Assembly (NCBI GenBank): GCA_963713615.1
Contig: CAVQMM010000001.1
Span: 896,001-960,000, forward strand
Direction of reading: 5' to 3'
Length of the DNA stretch: 64,000 nt
DNA from: an uncultured Chlamydiae bacterium
Lineage (GTDB): Bacteria; Chlamydiota; Chlamydiia; Chlamydiales; JAJFMA01
Shown piece after piece: positions 51,658-61,705 of the stretch. Both the position numbers and the translations under genes were made by a program. How positions within the stretch are numbered: position 1 is the first letter of the stretch; each line of letters opens with the position of its first letter. A model generated the notes under the pieces. That model made no database searches, was not told where the DNA came from, and worked only from the letters and a program-made list of their open reading frames with translations.

Positions 51658-51680
51658 GCAGCGCCCAGGAGGGGCGCTGC
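51658..51680 (-). terminator. Probable terminator after acpP
   Basis: gcagcgccc / gggcgctgc 9-bp stem followed by a pyrimidine run on the minus strand. Confidence 0.55.
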
Positions 51681-51693
51681 CAACGAGCACCGG

Positions 51694-51933
51694 TTAGGTT
51701 TTCGCCCTTTGGATATCGATGTAGCGGATGACATCGCCGATAGTCTTGAGCTTTTCAGCTTCGTCTTCGGAGATTTCACATCCAAAGCGCTCTTCAAAGG
51801 TCATAATCAATTCGGTGAGGTCGAGGGAGTCCGCGTTGAGATCCTCAACAAATGACTTGTCGGGAGTCACCTCGGTCTTGTCGACACCAAGCTGCTCGGC
51901 GACGATATCGATGACTTCTTGTTCTGTGGACAT
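51694..51933 (-). CDS. acpP: Acyl carrier protein
   Basis: [18 protein letters not shown]. Confidence 0.97.
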   Translation of the reverse strand: MSTEQEVIDIVAEQLGVDKTEVTPDKSFVEDLNADSLDLTELIMTFEERFGCEISEDEAEKLKTIGDVIRYIDIQRAKT

Positions 51934-52054
51934 AGATCTTCCTTTTCTTGGTTAGTATCCATTCACGCGGGCCGAGAACGAATACGTTAGTTACAATATC
52001 ATGATCAAAACTTTGTCTTTCTGTCTTCTAGCTAGACTTTGCAAAGTCCAGCTT

Positions 52055-52807
52055 CTAGGTAACCATACCACCATCAATGACCAATACCTGTCCGGTGACA
52101 TAGTCACCGAGGCCTGATGCTAGGAACAAGGCTCCATTAGCAATCTCTTCAGGCTGTCCAGCGCGGCCTAGTGGAATCATCTGAATCTGTGCTTCCTTCC
52201 AGTTCTCCGGCATTTTAGCGGTCATGTCGGTGTTAATGAACCCCGGCGCGATACAATTGACCGCGATGTTACGGGGTCCTAATTCTTTAGCTAGCGACTT
52301 GGTAAAACCAACAATCGCAGCTTTGGAAGCAGCATAATTCCCTTGACCAGCATTTCCTGTCAAGCCAACGACGGAGGTAACGTTAATAATTTTCCCTTTA
52401 CGAGCCTTCATCATTCCACGCACAACAGCGCGTGAGGTGTTAAAACAGGACTTGGCATTAACATTTAAAACATCGTCCCAATCATCTTCCGACATCTTCA
52501 TCAAGAGCTGATCTCGCGTAATTCCGGCATTATTCACCAGGATGTCGATGACGCCATATTTTTGACTGATCTGATCGATGATATTTTTGACCTGTTCGGT
52601 GTTGCTGACATCGGTGCTCCAGAATTCAACGGACGCTGTGGGCACAGCCTGCAGGATTTCTTGGCACGCTAGTTCCCCTCTTTCGGAGTTTTTAGCGATG
52701 ATATTGACTTTCGCACCTTGCTGGGCAAACTTGAGCGCGATAGCTTTACCGATGCCTGCGCTACCACCAGTGACGAGTGCTACTTTGTCCTGTAAAAGTT
52801 GATTCAT
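52055..52807 (-). CDS. fabG: 3-oxoacyl-ACP reductase
   Basis: TGG..GIG, NNAGITRD, YAASK, PGFI.TDMT. Confidence 0.96.
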   Translation of the reverse strand: MNQLLQDKVALVTGGSAGIGKAIALKFAQQGAKVNIIAKNSERGELACQEILQAVPTASVEFWSTDVSNTEQVKNIIDQISQKYGVIDILVNNAGITRDQLLMKMSEDDWDDVLNVNAKSCFNTSRAVVRGMMKARKGKIINVTSVVGLTGNAGQGNYAASKAAIVGFTKSLAKELGPRNIAVNCIAPGFINTDMTAKMPENWKEAQIQMIPLGRAGQPEEIANGALFLASGLGDYVTGQVLVIDGGMVT

Positions 52808-52829
52808 TTTTCCTCACATCGTTCTTAAC

Positions 52830-53798
52830 TTAACAATAACTTTGTTGTGGCTGGTATAAGAGGTTCTCCAACAGGCGAATATCTTCAACCTTATCAACGC
52901 TGACTGTTGGTGCCGTAACACCAATACGTTTATTCATCCCAGCGAGAGTTTTCCCGCAGCCTATCTCTACAAACAAGTCGATACCCTCGCGTTGTATCGC
53001 TCTGATACCTTGTTCCCAGCGCACTGGAGCAATAATCTGTTTAAGGAGATTGTCCTGAATAGCTGTTAGAGCTTCGACGAAATCCCCAGGTACGTTCATG
53101 ACAAGCTTGGCAAAACCCTTTTGGAATGGGGCATCCTTGATATGTGCTGTGAACCTATTGGCAGCTGATTGCATCAAGCCACTGTGAAATGCACCATGAA
53201 CCTGCAAAGGCAATACACGTTTGGCTCCCCGTTGCTTTGCGGCTTCCGCGCCAGCTTCGATGCCTTTTAAGGTACCTGAAATGACTACTTGCCCCGGGCA
53301 GTTGAGAAGGGAAATCCATAAGTCATTAGGCAATTTCAGATCGCGGACGATGTCCTCAACCTGCTCTGGAGTTAAGCCCATGAGCACAGCCATGGTACCA
53401 AGGCGTTCCTCACAAGCTTCATTCATAAACTGCCCACGGTATTGAACAAGGGGTAGGCAATGTTCGAAAGAGAGATATTTGCCAGCCGTCAGAGCCGAGT
53501 ATTCACCTAAGCTATGGCCCGCGCATATAAGCGGGACCATTTCAGGAAAGAGTTTTTGAAGCGTGCGCAGGATAGCCATGCTATCTACATAGATGGCCGT
53601 CTGGCTATTGCGTGTTTCTGTAAGAATATTGTCCGGCCCTTCAAAGGCTATTTTGGACAAGCTACGTCCCAACAAATCATCAGCTTCCTGGAAAGTCTCT
53701 CGCGCTATCGCATAGGTTGCAGCAAAGTCTTTGCCCATACCGCAGTATTGGGCACCTTGTCCGGGAAAGAGGAATGCAATTCTTTTTTGATCAACCAT
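52830..53798 (-). CDS. fabD: Malonyl-CoA:ACP transacylase
   Basis: FPGQGAQ, GHSLGEY, GAFHS. Confidence 0.96.
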   Translation of the reverse strand: MVDQKRIAFLFPGQGAQYCGMGKDFAATYAIARETFQEADDLLGRSLSKIAFEGPDNILTETRNSQTAIYVDSMAILRTLQKLFPEMVPLICAGHSLGEYSALTAGKYLSFEHCLPLVQYRGQFMNEACEERLGTMAVLMGLTPEQVEDIVRDLKLPNDLWISLLNCPGQVVISGTLKGIEAGAEAAKQRGAKRVLPLQVHGAFHSGLMQSAANRFTAHIKDAPFQKGFAKLVMNVPGDFVEALTAIQDNLLKQIIAPVRWEQGIRAIQREGIDLFVEIGCGKTLAGMNKRIGVTAPTVSVDKVEDIRLLENLLYQPQQSYC

Positions 53799-53807
53799 AA
53801 GTCCTCG

Positions 53808-54806
53808 TTAGTCCGCTATCTTTGTCAGTACCGATGCTCCCCAAGTGAGCCCTGCACCAAAAGCTGCTAGCAAAATATGCTCACCAACATTGGGCGGCTG
53901 TGTCACCAAAAGCTCATTGAGGGCTATGCCAACACTGGAAGCTGAGGTATTGCCATATTTGTGAACGGTCTTAAAAACACGTTCCTCGGGTAAAGCAATA
54001 CTTTCGGAAATCGCATCGATAATTCGCACATTGGCTTGGTGAGGAACAAGCCAGCGAATTTCGTCAGTGCTAATACCCGCAGCATCAAGGCAACTTTGGG
54101 TTGCTGAGGCCATTCGCCTAACAGCATGCCTGAAGGTCTCCTTTCCAGCCATCTGAAAACAATGCTTTCGAGTGGCAATTGTTTCAGCTGAAGCAGGCAT
54201 CCGCGTGCCGCCAGCGGGAACACCGATCAGGTCAGCAAGCTCTCCATCGGCTCCTAGTGAGATAGTGTCTATATATAGCCCATGTCCCTCGCTAGCGATG
54301 ACAGCAGCAGCAGCGCCATCTCCAAATAGAACACACGTGCTGCGATCGGTATAGTCCATGAGTGCAGACATCTTTTCCGCAGCGATGAGCAGGACATACC
54401 GGAACAGTCCCGACTCAATGTAAGCTTTAGCCATCGATAAGCCATACAGAAAGCCTGTACAAGCTGCCTGAATATCCAAGGAAGCAACGCCTTTAGCACC
54501 CAAGAGGCGCTGGATTAAAGCGGCGGTGCTGGGAGATGGCTGGTCAGGGCTCATCGTTGCTACAACAATTAGATCTACATCAGAAGCTTGTATTCCCGCA
54601 GCGCTCAGGGCTTTGCGGGCTGCTGCAGCACCCATGTCGGAGGCGTGTTCATCTGCCGCGGCAATACGCCGCTCTTTCATGCCGGTGCGTGTGACGATCC
54701 ACTCATCGGAAGTCTCTACCATCTTCTCTAGGTCAAAGTTGGAGAGAACCCTTTCCGGCAGGTAGGAACCCGTCCCTATTATGCGAGCCTGTACTTGAGA
54801 TGACAT
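53808..54806 (-). CDS. fabH: Beta-ketoacyl-ACP synthase III
   Basis: AACTGF, LFGDGA, PHQAN.RI, YGNTSASS, FGAGLTWG. Confidence 0.96.
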   Translation of the reverse strand: MSSQVQARIIGTGSYLPERVLSNFDLEKMVETSDEWIVTRTGMKERRIAAADEHASDMGAAAARKALSAAGIQASDVDLIVVATMSPDQPSPSTAALIQRLLGAKGVASLDIQAACTGFLYGLSMAKAYIESGLFRYVLLIAAEKMSALMDYTDRSTCVLFGDGAAAAVIASEGHGLYIDTISLGADGELADLIGVPAGGTRMPASAETIATRKHCFQMAGKETFRHAVRRMASATQSCLDAAGISTDEIRWLVPHQANVRIIDAISESIALPEERVFKTVHKYGNTSASSVGIALNELLVTQPPNVGEHILLAAFGAGLTWGASVLTKIAD

Positions 54807-55017
54807 CTACATCCTTGCTTATAAGCAAAAAACAAGAATCGACAGAAAACAATGAAGAGTGAGTGTAACACAGCTTCCAATTAAAGAGAAAGGGAGAGAA
54901 AGAAGAGAAGAGGGGGATGGGGATAAACTCCCATCCCTTACTCTATTGGTTAAAATCCTAATCCTTCTCCTTCCCATCCTCTTTCTCTCAATTCGTAGAT
55001 CTGCTAGACTTCTCAAT

Positions 55018-55614
55018 ATGCATTACCCTCCACACCTACAGAAATTGATGGAAGTGCTCAAGCAGCTTCCTGGCGTCGGTGCTAAAAGTGCCGAACGTTT
55101 TGCATTCCATATGCTGACATGGTCGGAAGATCAGCTATCAGAGATGGGTGGTACCATCTGTCAGGTATCTGAACGCATAAAAACCTGTAACGTTTGCGGA
55201 TGCCTTATGGAGGGTGAACGTTGTCATTTCTGTCACTCTTCCAACCGCAACCAGCAAGTCATCTGCCTTATTGGATCGCCACGAGACGCATTTGCTATCG
55301 AGAAAACCAACGAATACCGTGGTTTATATCATGTGTTAGGGGGCTTACTATCCCCTATCGACGGCCGAGGACCTGAAACATTGCAGTTGGATAAGCTGAT
55401 ACAGCGCATCCAAGAGAAGCAGGTAAAGGAAATCGTCATCGCCCTTGATGCGACACTAGAAGGAGATGCTACAGCGCTCTATTTGAAACAGATGTTGGAT
55501 ACCTTCCAGCTAAATATCTCACGTCTTGCCTTCGGGTTGCCTATGGGCAGTTCCCTAGATTATGTCGACGGCGACACCCTAGGGCGTGCCTTTTCAGGCC
55601 GTCGCCAGTTTTAA
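55018..55614 (+). CDS. recR: Recombination mediator RecR
   Basis: LPGVG.KSAER, C4 zinc finger, YHVLGG.LSP, TLEGDATA; true start taken as ATG 55018. Confidence 0.96.
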   Translation: MHYPPHLQKLMEVLKQLPGVGAKSAERFAFHMLTWSEDQLSEMGGTICQVSERIKTCNVCGCLMEGERCHFCHSSNRNQQVICLIGSPRDAFAIEKTNEYRGLYHVLGGLLSPIDGRGPETLQLDKLIQRIQEKQVKEIVIALDATLEGDATALYLKQMLDTFQLNISRLAFGLPMGSSLDYVDGDTLGRAFSGRRQF

Positions 55615-55617
55615 CCC

Positions 55618-56781
55618 TTATGGAATGACTGTTCCACAAGTATGCACCTTCTCCGCATATGCCTTGAAGAGATTATGATCTCTGACTGCATCATAGGAGG
55701 AATGGAGAAGAATTTCCCGAAAAGCTTCCTTGCATTCGATTTCAAATTGAGATGCAGTTTCCAACCAGGCTCCCGCAAGACTGGGCTGATTTAAATAAGC
55801 AAAGGCTTTGGAATTAAGGAGTGCGATCTCATAAGAAGGTTCGACCTCATAGATTTCTCTAGAAAGAGCTTTGACAAGTTCAAAATTATCTCGTTCAAAT
55901 GCCAATCTACACAGTAGGCATTTACCCTTATTGAGGAACTGATAGTCTGCTCGAATAAGCAGATCGTAGGCCTTCTGACCTTCATTTTCCTGACAGTGAA
56001 TCTCTGCCAGGGATTCTATAGAAAGATGTTTTATTAGAGGATCCTTAGACTTGATTAGGTCAGTTAAGATGGCCTTAGCACCTTTCAAATCATTGTCTTT
56101 AATGGCTTCCAGGGCATTTGAGTAACGGCTAAAATGATAGGCTTCACCCGAAGACGCTTTAAGGACTTGAAGCATTTGAAAATTCTGATACGCGAAGAAA
56201 AGAAGTAGCGTTCCAAAAATATAATAGCCTTCCAAATAGAGGTAAGGAGCCGTCACAGCAGCAGCAACCACTCCTATGATAGCACTTGCGCGAAGACCCT
56301 TATTGCCGAATATCCTCTGAAGGATGTTGCTCATCAGTTGGCCCCCATCCAGAGGAACTACGGGTAGGAGGTTTAACAGGATCCACAAGACATTGACATA
56401 CATGGTAACGTGGAGAAAATATTGAATATAAGGTTGGTTGTAGAATACATCAGCCTCTAAAAGGATATAAGACAGAAGAACGAGCACACTTTCAAGTAGG
56501 GGACCATTAAGAGTGATCAGGAAGCTCTGCCGTGGTGTAATCCCACGGCCATCGTACTGAGCGTTTCCCCCGAAGGCTTCTAGGTTAATGCTAGGCTTGG
56601 CACCAAAGTATTGAGCTGTTAGAGCATGTCCATACTCATGTACAAGAAGGCTTACAATCAAAACAATCCCAAAAATACAGCTCTCTACCGAAGGATCTCG
56701 GATAAGATCTGTAAAAAACAGAAAGAAAATCCAAAAGGAAGGATGGATGGTGACTGGAATATTTAGGAACGTGAATTGCAT
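55618..56781 (-). CDS. Site-2 protease (M50) with C-terminal TPR-like region
   Basis: HEYGH and NLLPVVPLDGG; RBS aaggag before ATG 56781. Confidence 0.88.
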   Translation of the reverse strand: MQFTFLNIPVTIHPSFWIFFLFFTDLIRDPSVESCIFGIVLIVSLLVHEYGHALTAQYFGAKPSINLEAFGGNAQYDGRGITPRQSFLITLNGPLLESVLVLLSYILLEADVFYNQPYIQYFLHVTMYVNVLWILLNLLPVVPLDGGQLMSNILQRIFGNKGLRASAIIGVVAAAVTAPYLYLEGYYIFGTLLLFFAYQNFQMLQVLKASSGEAYHFSRYSNALEAIKDNDLKGAKAILTDLIKSKDPLIKHLSIESLAEIHCQENEGQKAYDLLIRADYQFLNKGKCLLCRLAFERDNFELVKALSREIYEVEPSYEIALLNSKAFAYLNQPSLAGAWLETASQFEIECKEAFREILLHSSYDAVRDHNLFKAYAEKVHTCGTVIP

Positions 56782-56877
56782 AACCGCTCTCCTTGCAAAG
56801 TCGTGAGTAGTTGCCAAGTGCGCTATAAATTATAGCGAATGCTTTGCTTAAAAAAAATATTAATCCGCATCTCAGAA

Positions 56878-57140
56878 GAGGGAATTTTTACCGCCAAGGC
56901 GCCGAGATTAGGAGAGAGTGGATTTAGGAAGAGAATGTTCAGTTTAACAAAAAAAGTTAGATTGAGCACCTGTGCCGTTTATGGGGCCTTGGGCAAGCTG
57001 TCTAAGGGGGTTTACCAAAACGATAACCTCTCAAGAGGTCCTTAGAAAGAATTTTGCCCAAGGCCCCACAAACGGCACATTCTCTCCTAATCCTCTCTCT
57101 CCTATCTCGGTGTCTCGGCGCCTCGGCGGTAAAAATCCTC
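56878..57140. repeat. Palindromic element with a second palindrome nested inside
   Basis: Outer tttttaccgccaaggcgccgag / ctcggcgcctcggcggtaaaaa; inner gtgccgtttatggggccttgggcaa / ttgcccaaggccccacaaacggcac. Confidence 0.75.
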
Positions 57141-57264
57141 TCCTCTCTCCTTCCTCACTCTCCTTTCCTATTTTCTACAGGCTTGCTTTTTTTGGCGAGC
57201 ACTCCTATCATGAGCAACCATTTTATACAGCGCATCCTAGAAGATGGTTTCGAGATAGGAACAT

Positions 57265-59619
57265 ATGACCAAATACCTGCCGACGTATGGAACTCTGCTA
57301 ATACTACTGCTACTGCTGGTTCCCACACTAGCCCTAGCCGAACATTACGATAATAAGCTTGTCGAACGTATCGATGTTATTTTCGTCAATGAGCCTTCAG
57401 ACACTGCGTACAGCGCTAAAAATGTATTGGCCAAAATGCGCACTCGCGAGAGCGACGTTTTCTCGCAGCATGACTTTGATAACGACCTTAAGAGCTTAGC
57501 TCGTGAATATGATCATGTAGAACCTAGCGTTGAAGTTATCGACACTAACCTATATATCACGCTTAAGGTATGGCCTAAGTCGACTATTCGTTCGCTCTGT
57601 TGGGAGGGTAATTGCAAACTGGCTACCTCCTGCCTCCAGCAAGAATTGAGTGTTGCAGTAGGAAGCCTGTTTGACCGCACCGAATTCAATCGGGCGTTCC
57701 AGAAGGTAAAGGCCTATTGTATTAAGCAAGGATTCTTCGAAGCCGAACTAGACTATACCGTCCAGCCAGACGCCGACTGCAATCAAGTCGACATTACAAT
57801 CTTTGTTCATGAAGGCCGATCCGGCCGCATCAAGAAGATTACCCTATGTGGCTTTACCCCTTGTGAAGAGGAAGAAATCGTGGGCATGATGCACACGAAA
57901 GAATATAGCATCTTCACCAGCTGGCTGACCAGTGAAGGCACCTATAATGAAGAAGCTATCCAAATCGACCAATTCCGAATTCTGAACTTCCTACACGATT
58001 TAGGATATGCCGATGCCACTGTTGATATCGATGTCTGTGAAGCTAAAGAATGCGACCGCATTATCATCAACATTAACGCCTGTAAGGGTGAGTGCTACCA
58101 CTTTGGCCCTATATGCTTTGAAGGCAACTGTGTCTTTACCGATGAGGACATTTCTAACTGCTTCTGTATTAGTGAAGGAGGTGTCTATTCTCCTGATTCT
58201 ATCAGAAAAACGGTAAAACAAATTACGGACCTGTATGGTCGTTACGGCTATATTGATGCTGTCGTGGATTACGAAGCTAGCCTTCTAGAATGCGATAACG
58301 GTTATTCACTTAAATTCACGATCGAAGAAGGTGAGCAGTTCCGTGTTGGCCTCATCAAAGTCTTTGGTAATTGCCGCACGCAAAATCGAGTTATTCTTCA
58401 CGAATGCCTCCTAATTCCAGGTGAAGTCTTCAACTCTGAAAAGCTCAGAAAGTCTGAAGAAAGACTCCTAAACGTTGGCTACTTCAAATGTGTCAACGTC
58501 TATATCGCGCAAACCAATGAACAGCTTGGATGCGAATGCAAGTATCGCGATGTTCATATTGAAGTTGAAGAAACCGGTACTGGACACTTCGGTGCTTTCT
58601 TTGGCTATAGCACCACCGAAGATCTCTTTGGCGGTATTTCCATTACGGAGAAGAACTTTGACCACTGTGGACTGGGTAAGATTTGGGATCAAGGCTTTAG
58701 CCGCCTACGAGGAGGTGGTGAGTTCCTGCACTTCACCGCCAACATTGGTCAAAAAGCCAGTAGCTATGTGATCTCTTGGACCGAACCCTACTTCAGAGAT
58801 ACTCCCTGGAGTGTTGGTATCGACCTGGAGCGCTCCTCAAACCACTATATTGCTAAAGACTACGATATCAATGCCTGGGGTGCTGCGGTCCACGCTTCCT
58901 ATCCGATGAACCCCTTCACACGCTTTGGCTGGCACTACCGCTTCCGCGATACACGTGTATCGGTAACAGGAAACAAGCAGAACGTCGATCTTGAAGAAGA
59001 AGCACGTAACAGCGGTGTCATCTCCGCCAGTGGTGTCTCGTTGGCTTATGACTCAACGGACTGCCCAACTCGCCCTACAAACGGCTTTCGGTCCAAGATG
59101 GAGCTGGAATATGCCGGTTTAGGTGGTGAGCACCACTTCTGGGGTTTCGCCTACGTCAACACCGTGTATTATCCTTTCTACAAGAAAGGTGTCTTCAAGC
59201 TAAGGGCAGATGTGCGCTTTCTAATGCCCATCGGCCACGAGGGAAAAACTCAGATCCCTATCGATGAACGTTTGTTCCTCGGTGGTGATAACCAGATCCG
59301 AGGCTATCGCCCTTATGCCATAGGCCCAAAATTTCCGGGGACAACGGATCCTCGAGGTGGTATCTCCCTGTCGTTACTATCGGCGGAGTACAATTACAAG
59401 TTCTTTGAGAAGTTAGATGGCTTCCTATTTTTCGATGCCGGCGAACTGTCACGTGCGCGGCTGTTTTTGGGAAGTCTGAACTATTCAACAGGCTTTGGTG
59501 TTCGCCTAGTCGTGTTTGAAAACGGACCTCCCGTGACCATAGGTATGGGATGGCCGTTAAATGCCAAGTCCAGAAGTGATGTCAAACGACTCTTCTGGTC
59601 ATTAGGCGGACGTTTCTAA
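57265..59619 (+). CDS. bamA: Outer membrane protein assembly factor BamA
   Basis: Signal peptide, POTRA repeats, FLGG...IRGY, terminal F; upstream of skp and lpxD. Confidence 0.95.
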   Translation: MTKYLPTYGTLLILLLLLVPTLALAEHYDNKLVERIDVIFVNEPSDTAYSAKNVLAKMRTRESDVFSQHDFDNDLKSLAREYDHVEPSVEVIDTNLYITLKVWPKSTIRSLCWEGNCKLATSCLQQELSVAVGSLFDRTEFNRAFQKVKAYCIKQGFFEAELDYTVQPDADCNQVDITIFVHEGRSGRIKKITLCGFTPCEEEEIVGMMHTKEYSIFTSWLTSEGTYNEEAIQIDQFRILNFLHDLGYADATVDIDVCEAKECDRIIININACKGECYHFGPICFEGNCVFTDEDISNCFCISEGGVYSPDSIRKTVKQITDLYGRYGYIDAVVDYEASLLECDNGYSLKFTIEEGEQFRVGLIKVFGNCRTQNRVILHECLLIPGEVFNSEKLRKSEERLLNVGYFKCVNVYIAQTNEQLGCECKYRDVHIEVEETGTGHFGAFFGYSTTEDLFGGISITEKNFDHCGLGKIWDQGFSRLRGGGEFLHFTANIGQKASSYVISWTEPYFRDTPWSVGIDLERSSNHYIAKDYDINAWGAAVHASYPMNPFTRFGWHYRFRDTRVSVTGNKQNVDLEEEARNSGVISASGVSLAYDSTDCPTRPTNGFRSKMELEYAGLGGEHHFWGFAYVNTVYYPFYKKGVFKLRADVRFLMPIGHEGKTQIPIDERLFLGGDNQIRGYRPYAIGPKFPGTTDPRGGISLSLLSAEYNYKFFEKLDGFLFFDAGELSRARLFLGSLNYSTGFGVRLVVFENGPPVTIGMGWPLNAKSRSDVKRLFWSLGGRF

Positions 59620-59646
59620 ATAGGTCAAGGAAAGGAGTCAATAGGT

Positions 59647-60306
59647 ATGAAGCAAGGATTGTTTACAAGATCTCGTAACCTAACGCTAGCGGCATTTGTA
59701 GCCCTTAGCCTAGTGGGTTTTTGTGATGTAGAAGGTGCTGACAAGTCTGCAAGTACAGAAGCAGCGCTAAAGATTGGCTTCGTCAATTTCCGTAAATGTG
59801 TTGAAGAGTCGAAAGTTGGTAAAATGCAGCAAGCTTCTTTCGAAGCCATGCAGAGCCAGATGGAGAACTCTTTGATGGAGCTGCAAAAAGCTCTCAACGA
59901 AATTACTGCCAAACTCAGCGACGAAGACTATTTAGATGGTCTTTCTCCCGAAGCGGAGAACGAACTAAAGCACAAATACCGTTCGTTAGGTCAGGAGCTT
60001 TCCAGAACTCAAGGGCAATATGTTCAGACACTACAAGATGCGAACATGAAAGTCCTGCAAATGATCTCTTCTGAAGTTGCTGAAGCCTCCAAGGAAGTCG
60101 CTGCAGCTAAAGCACTGGACTTGGTCGTCAACGAGGAAGCCGCCTTCTTTTACAAGCCTTCGATGGATTTGTCCTCACAGGTGATCGCACAGATGGATGC
60201 CAAATTCGAGCGCGAGCAAAAGAATGCGCCCGTACCCGCTTCAGCAGCGAAGCCTGTAGATAGCAAGGCTAATGCTAGCAAACCTACAAACGTAAAAGGT
60301 AAGTAG
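59647..60306 (+). CDS. skp: OmpH/Skp chaperone
   Basis: Signal peptide, KIGFVNF, long coiled coil, DLS..VI..MD; position between bamA and lpxD. Confidence 0.9.
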   Translation: MKQGLFTRSRNLTLAAFVALSLVGFCDVEGADKSASTEAALKIGFVNFRKCVEESKVGKMQQASFEAMQSQMENSLMELQKALNEITAKLSDEDYLDGLSPEAENELKHKYRSLGQELSRTQGQYVQTLQDANMKVLQMISSEVAEASKEVAAAKALDLVVNEEAAFFYKPSMDLSSQVIAQMDAKFEREQKNAPVPASAAKPVDSKANASKPTNVKGK

Positions 60307-60317
60307 AGGGGAATGGG

Positions 60318-61394
60318 ATGCAACAGCGAGCCTTTAGCCTAGCAGAATTAGCCTCTGAAACGGGCAGTCAGTTGGTTGGTGATGCTAATCACCTCATCAG
60401 TGGCGCAGCGGAACTTGAGTGTGCAACTTCAATTGATGCTGCCTATGTCGCTGATAGCAGATTTATGAATGCTCTGAATGCGACGCATGCTGGAGTCGTT
60501 TTTATTACTCCGCAGCTTTCTCGTCCGGAAGGCAAAAATTATCTGTTAAGTGATGATCCGGCCTTAGCCTTTCAAAAATGGTCTAAGATTGTTGCATCCC
60601 ATAAACGTAAACCACCTGGGTTTACAGGTATTCACCCCACAGCTGTTATTCATCCCACAGCTCGGTTAGGGGCTGACGTCACTGTCGGTCCTCATACTGT
60701 CATCGAACGCGATGTAGTCATTGGCGACCGAACAATCGTGGGCCCCCTTGTCTATATCGGGCCTGAAGTTCAAGTGGGGAGCAATGGAACCATCAATTCC
60801 CACGTGGCTATCCACGATGCCTGCGAAATAGGAAACCGTGTTGTCATTTCGTCAGGTGCAGTCATCGGTAGTGTTGGCTTTGGCTTCCGCCAAACTGACA
60901 AGGGACACCACGAGCGGTATGAACACTTAGGTAACGTAGTCATCGATGATGATGTTGAAATTGGTGCTAATACCACCATTGACCGAGCAAGATTGAAGAG
61001 TACGCGCATTGGCCGCGGCTCCAAGATCGACAATCAGGTTCAGGTGGCTCACAACGTTGAGATCGGTGAAGACAATATTATCGTTGCCCAGGTTGGTATT
61101 GCTGGATCTGTCAAAACGGGCCGTTGGGTGGTCCTAGCCGGTCGAGTAGCTGTTAACGACCACGTTCATTTATGTGATAAAACGGTTATCGCAGCATGCT
61201 CAGCTGTTCTGAGGTCTATTACAACAGCAGGAACGTATATGGGCTTCCCAGCTATTCCATTGCGCCGTCATCATCGGCTGCTAATCTGTTTCCATAATTT
61301 AGATAAGATCTTCATGGATGTTCAGAAGCTCAAAAGGCACTTGCAAATTGAAGACAAAGACTCCGAGCCCACCAGAGGTGCCTTAGAACGCTGA
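60318..61394 (+). CDS. lpxD: UDP-3-O-acylglucosamine N-acyltransferase
   Basis: Hexapeptide repeats, GFGF, EIGANTTIDR, KIDNQVQVAHN. Confidence 0.95.
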   Translation: MQQRAFSLAELASETGSQLVGDANHLISGAAELECATSIDAAYVADSRFMNALNATHAGVVFITPQLSRPEGKNYLLSDDPALAFQKWSKIVASHKRKPPGFTGIHPTAVIHPTARLGADVTVGPHTVIERDVVIGDRTIVGPLVYIGPEVQVGSNGTINSHVAIHDACEIGNRVVISSGAVIGSVGFGFRQTDKGHHERYEHLGNVVIDDDVEIGANTTIDRARLKSTRIGRGSKIDNQVQVAHNVEIGEDNIIVAQVGIAGSVKTGRWVVLAGRVAVNDHVHLCDKTVIAACSAVLRSITTAGTYMGFPAIPLRRHHRLLICFHNLDKIFMDVQKLKRHLQIEDKDSEPTRGALER

Positions 61395-61460
61395 ATGTCT
61401 CTTCAGAAGGGTCAAAGCTTCTTGCATCTTATGCGCAGCACGGCGTTGTTGAAAAATCAA
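61383..61460 (-). pseudogene. Orphan 3' gene fragment, copy 1 (LIFQQRRAAHKMQEALTLLKRHSAF*)
   Basis: Direct repeat with 62553-62630; all 10 differences are synonymous. Confidence 0.6.
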
Positions 61461-61705
61461 TTGGTTCAAACAGTTATTAATTATTGATAATATTAGTAGA
61501 AACTATAGAAAGACATCTCATTCAAAATACGATTTGAAAGTGCATCTGATTTGGGTGACAGAATATCGCTATAAGGTTACTTGTAGGTGCTGTAGCAATC
61601 TACGGACTTTAGTCCATAGTAGTTGGATTTCATTGACTTTATCTTTTATTATCGATATCTTTTAACTTATCGTATATATTACAAATTTCAAAAGGAAGAA
61701 AGAAC

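Noticed and set aside
54859..55017. N-terminal extension of RecR
   Set aside because: The extension is a translated purine/pyrimidine inverted repeat; RecR homology starts at ATG 55018.
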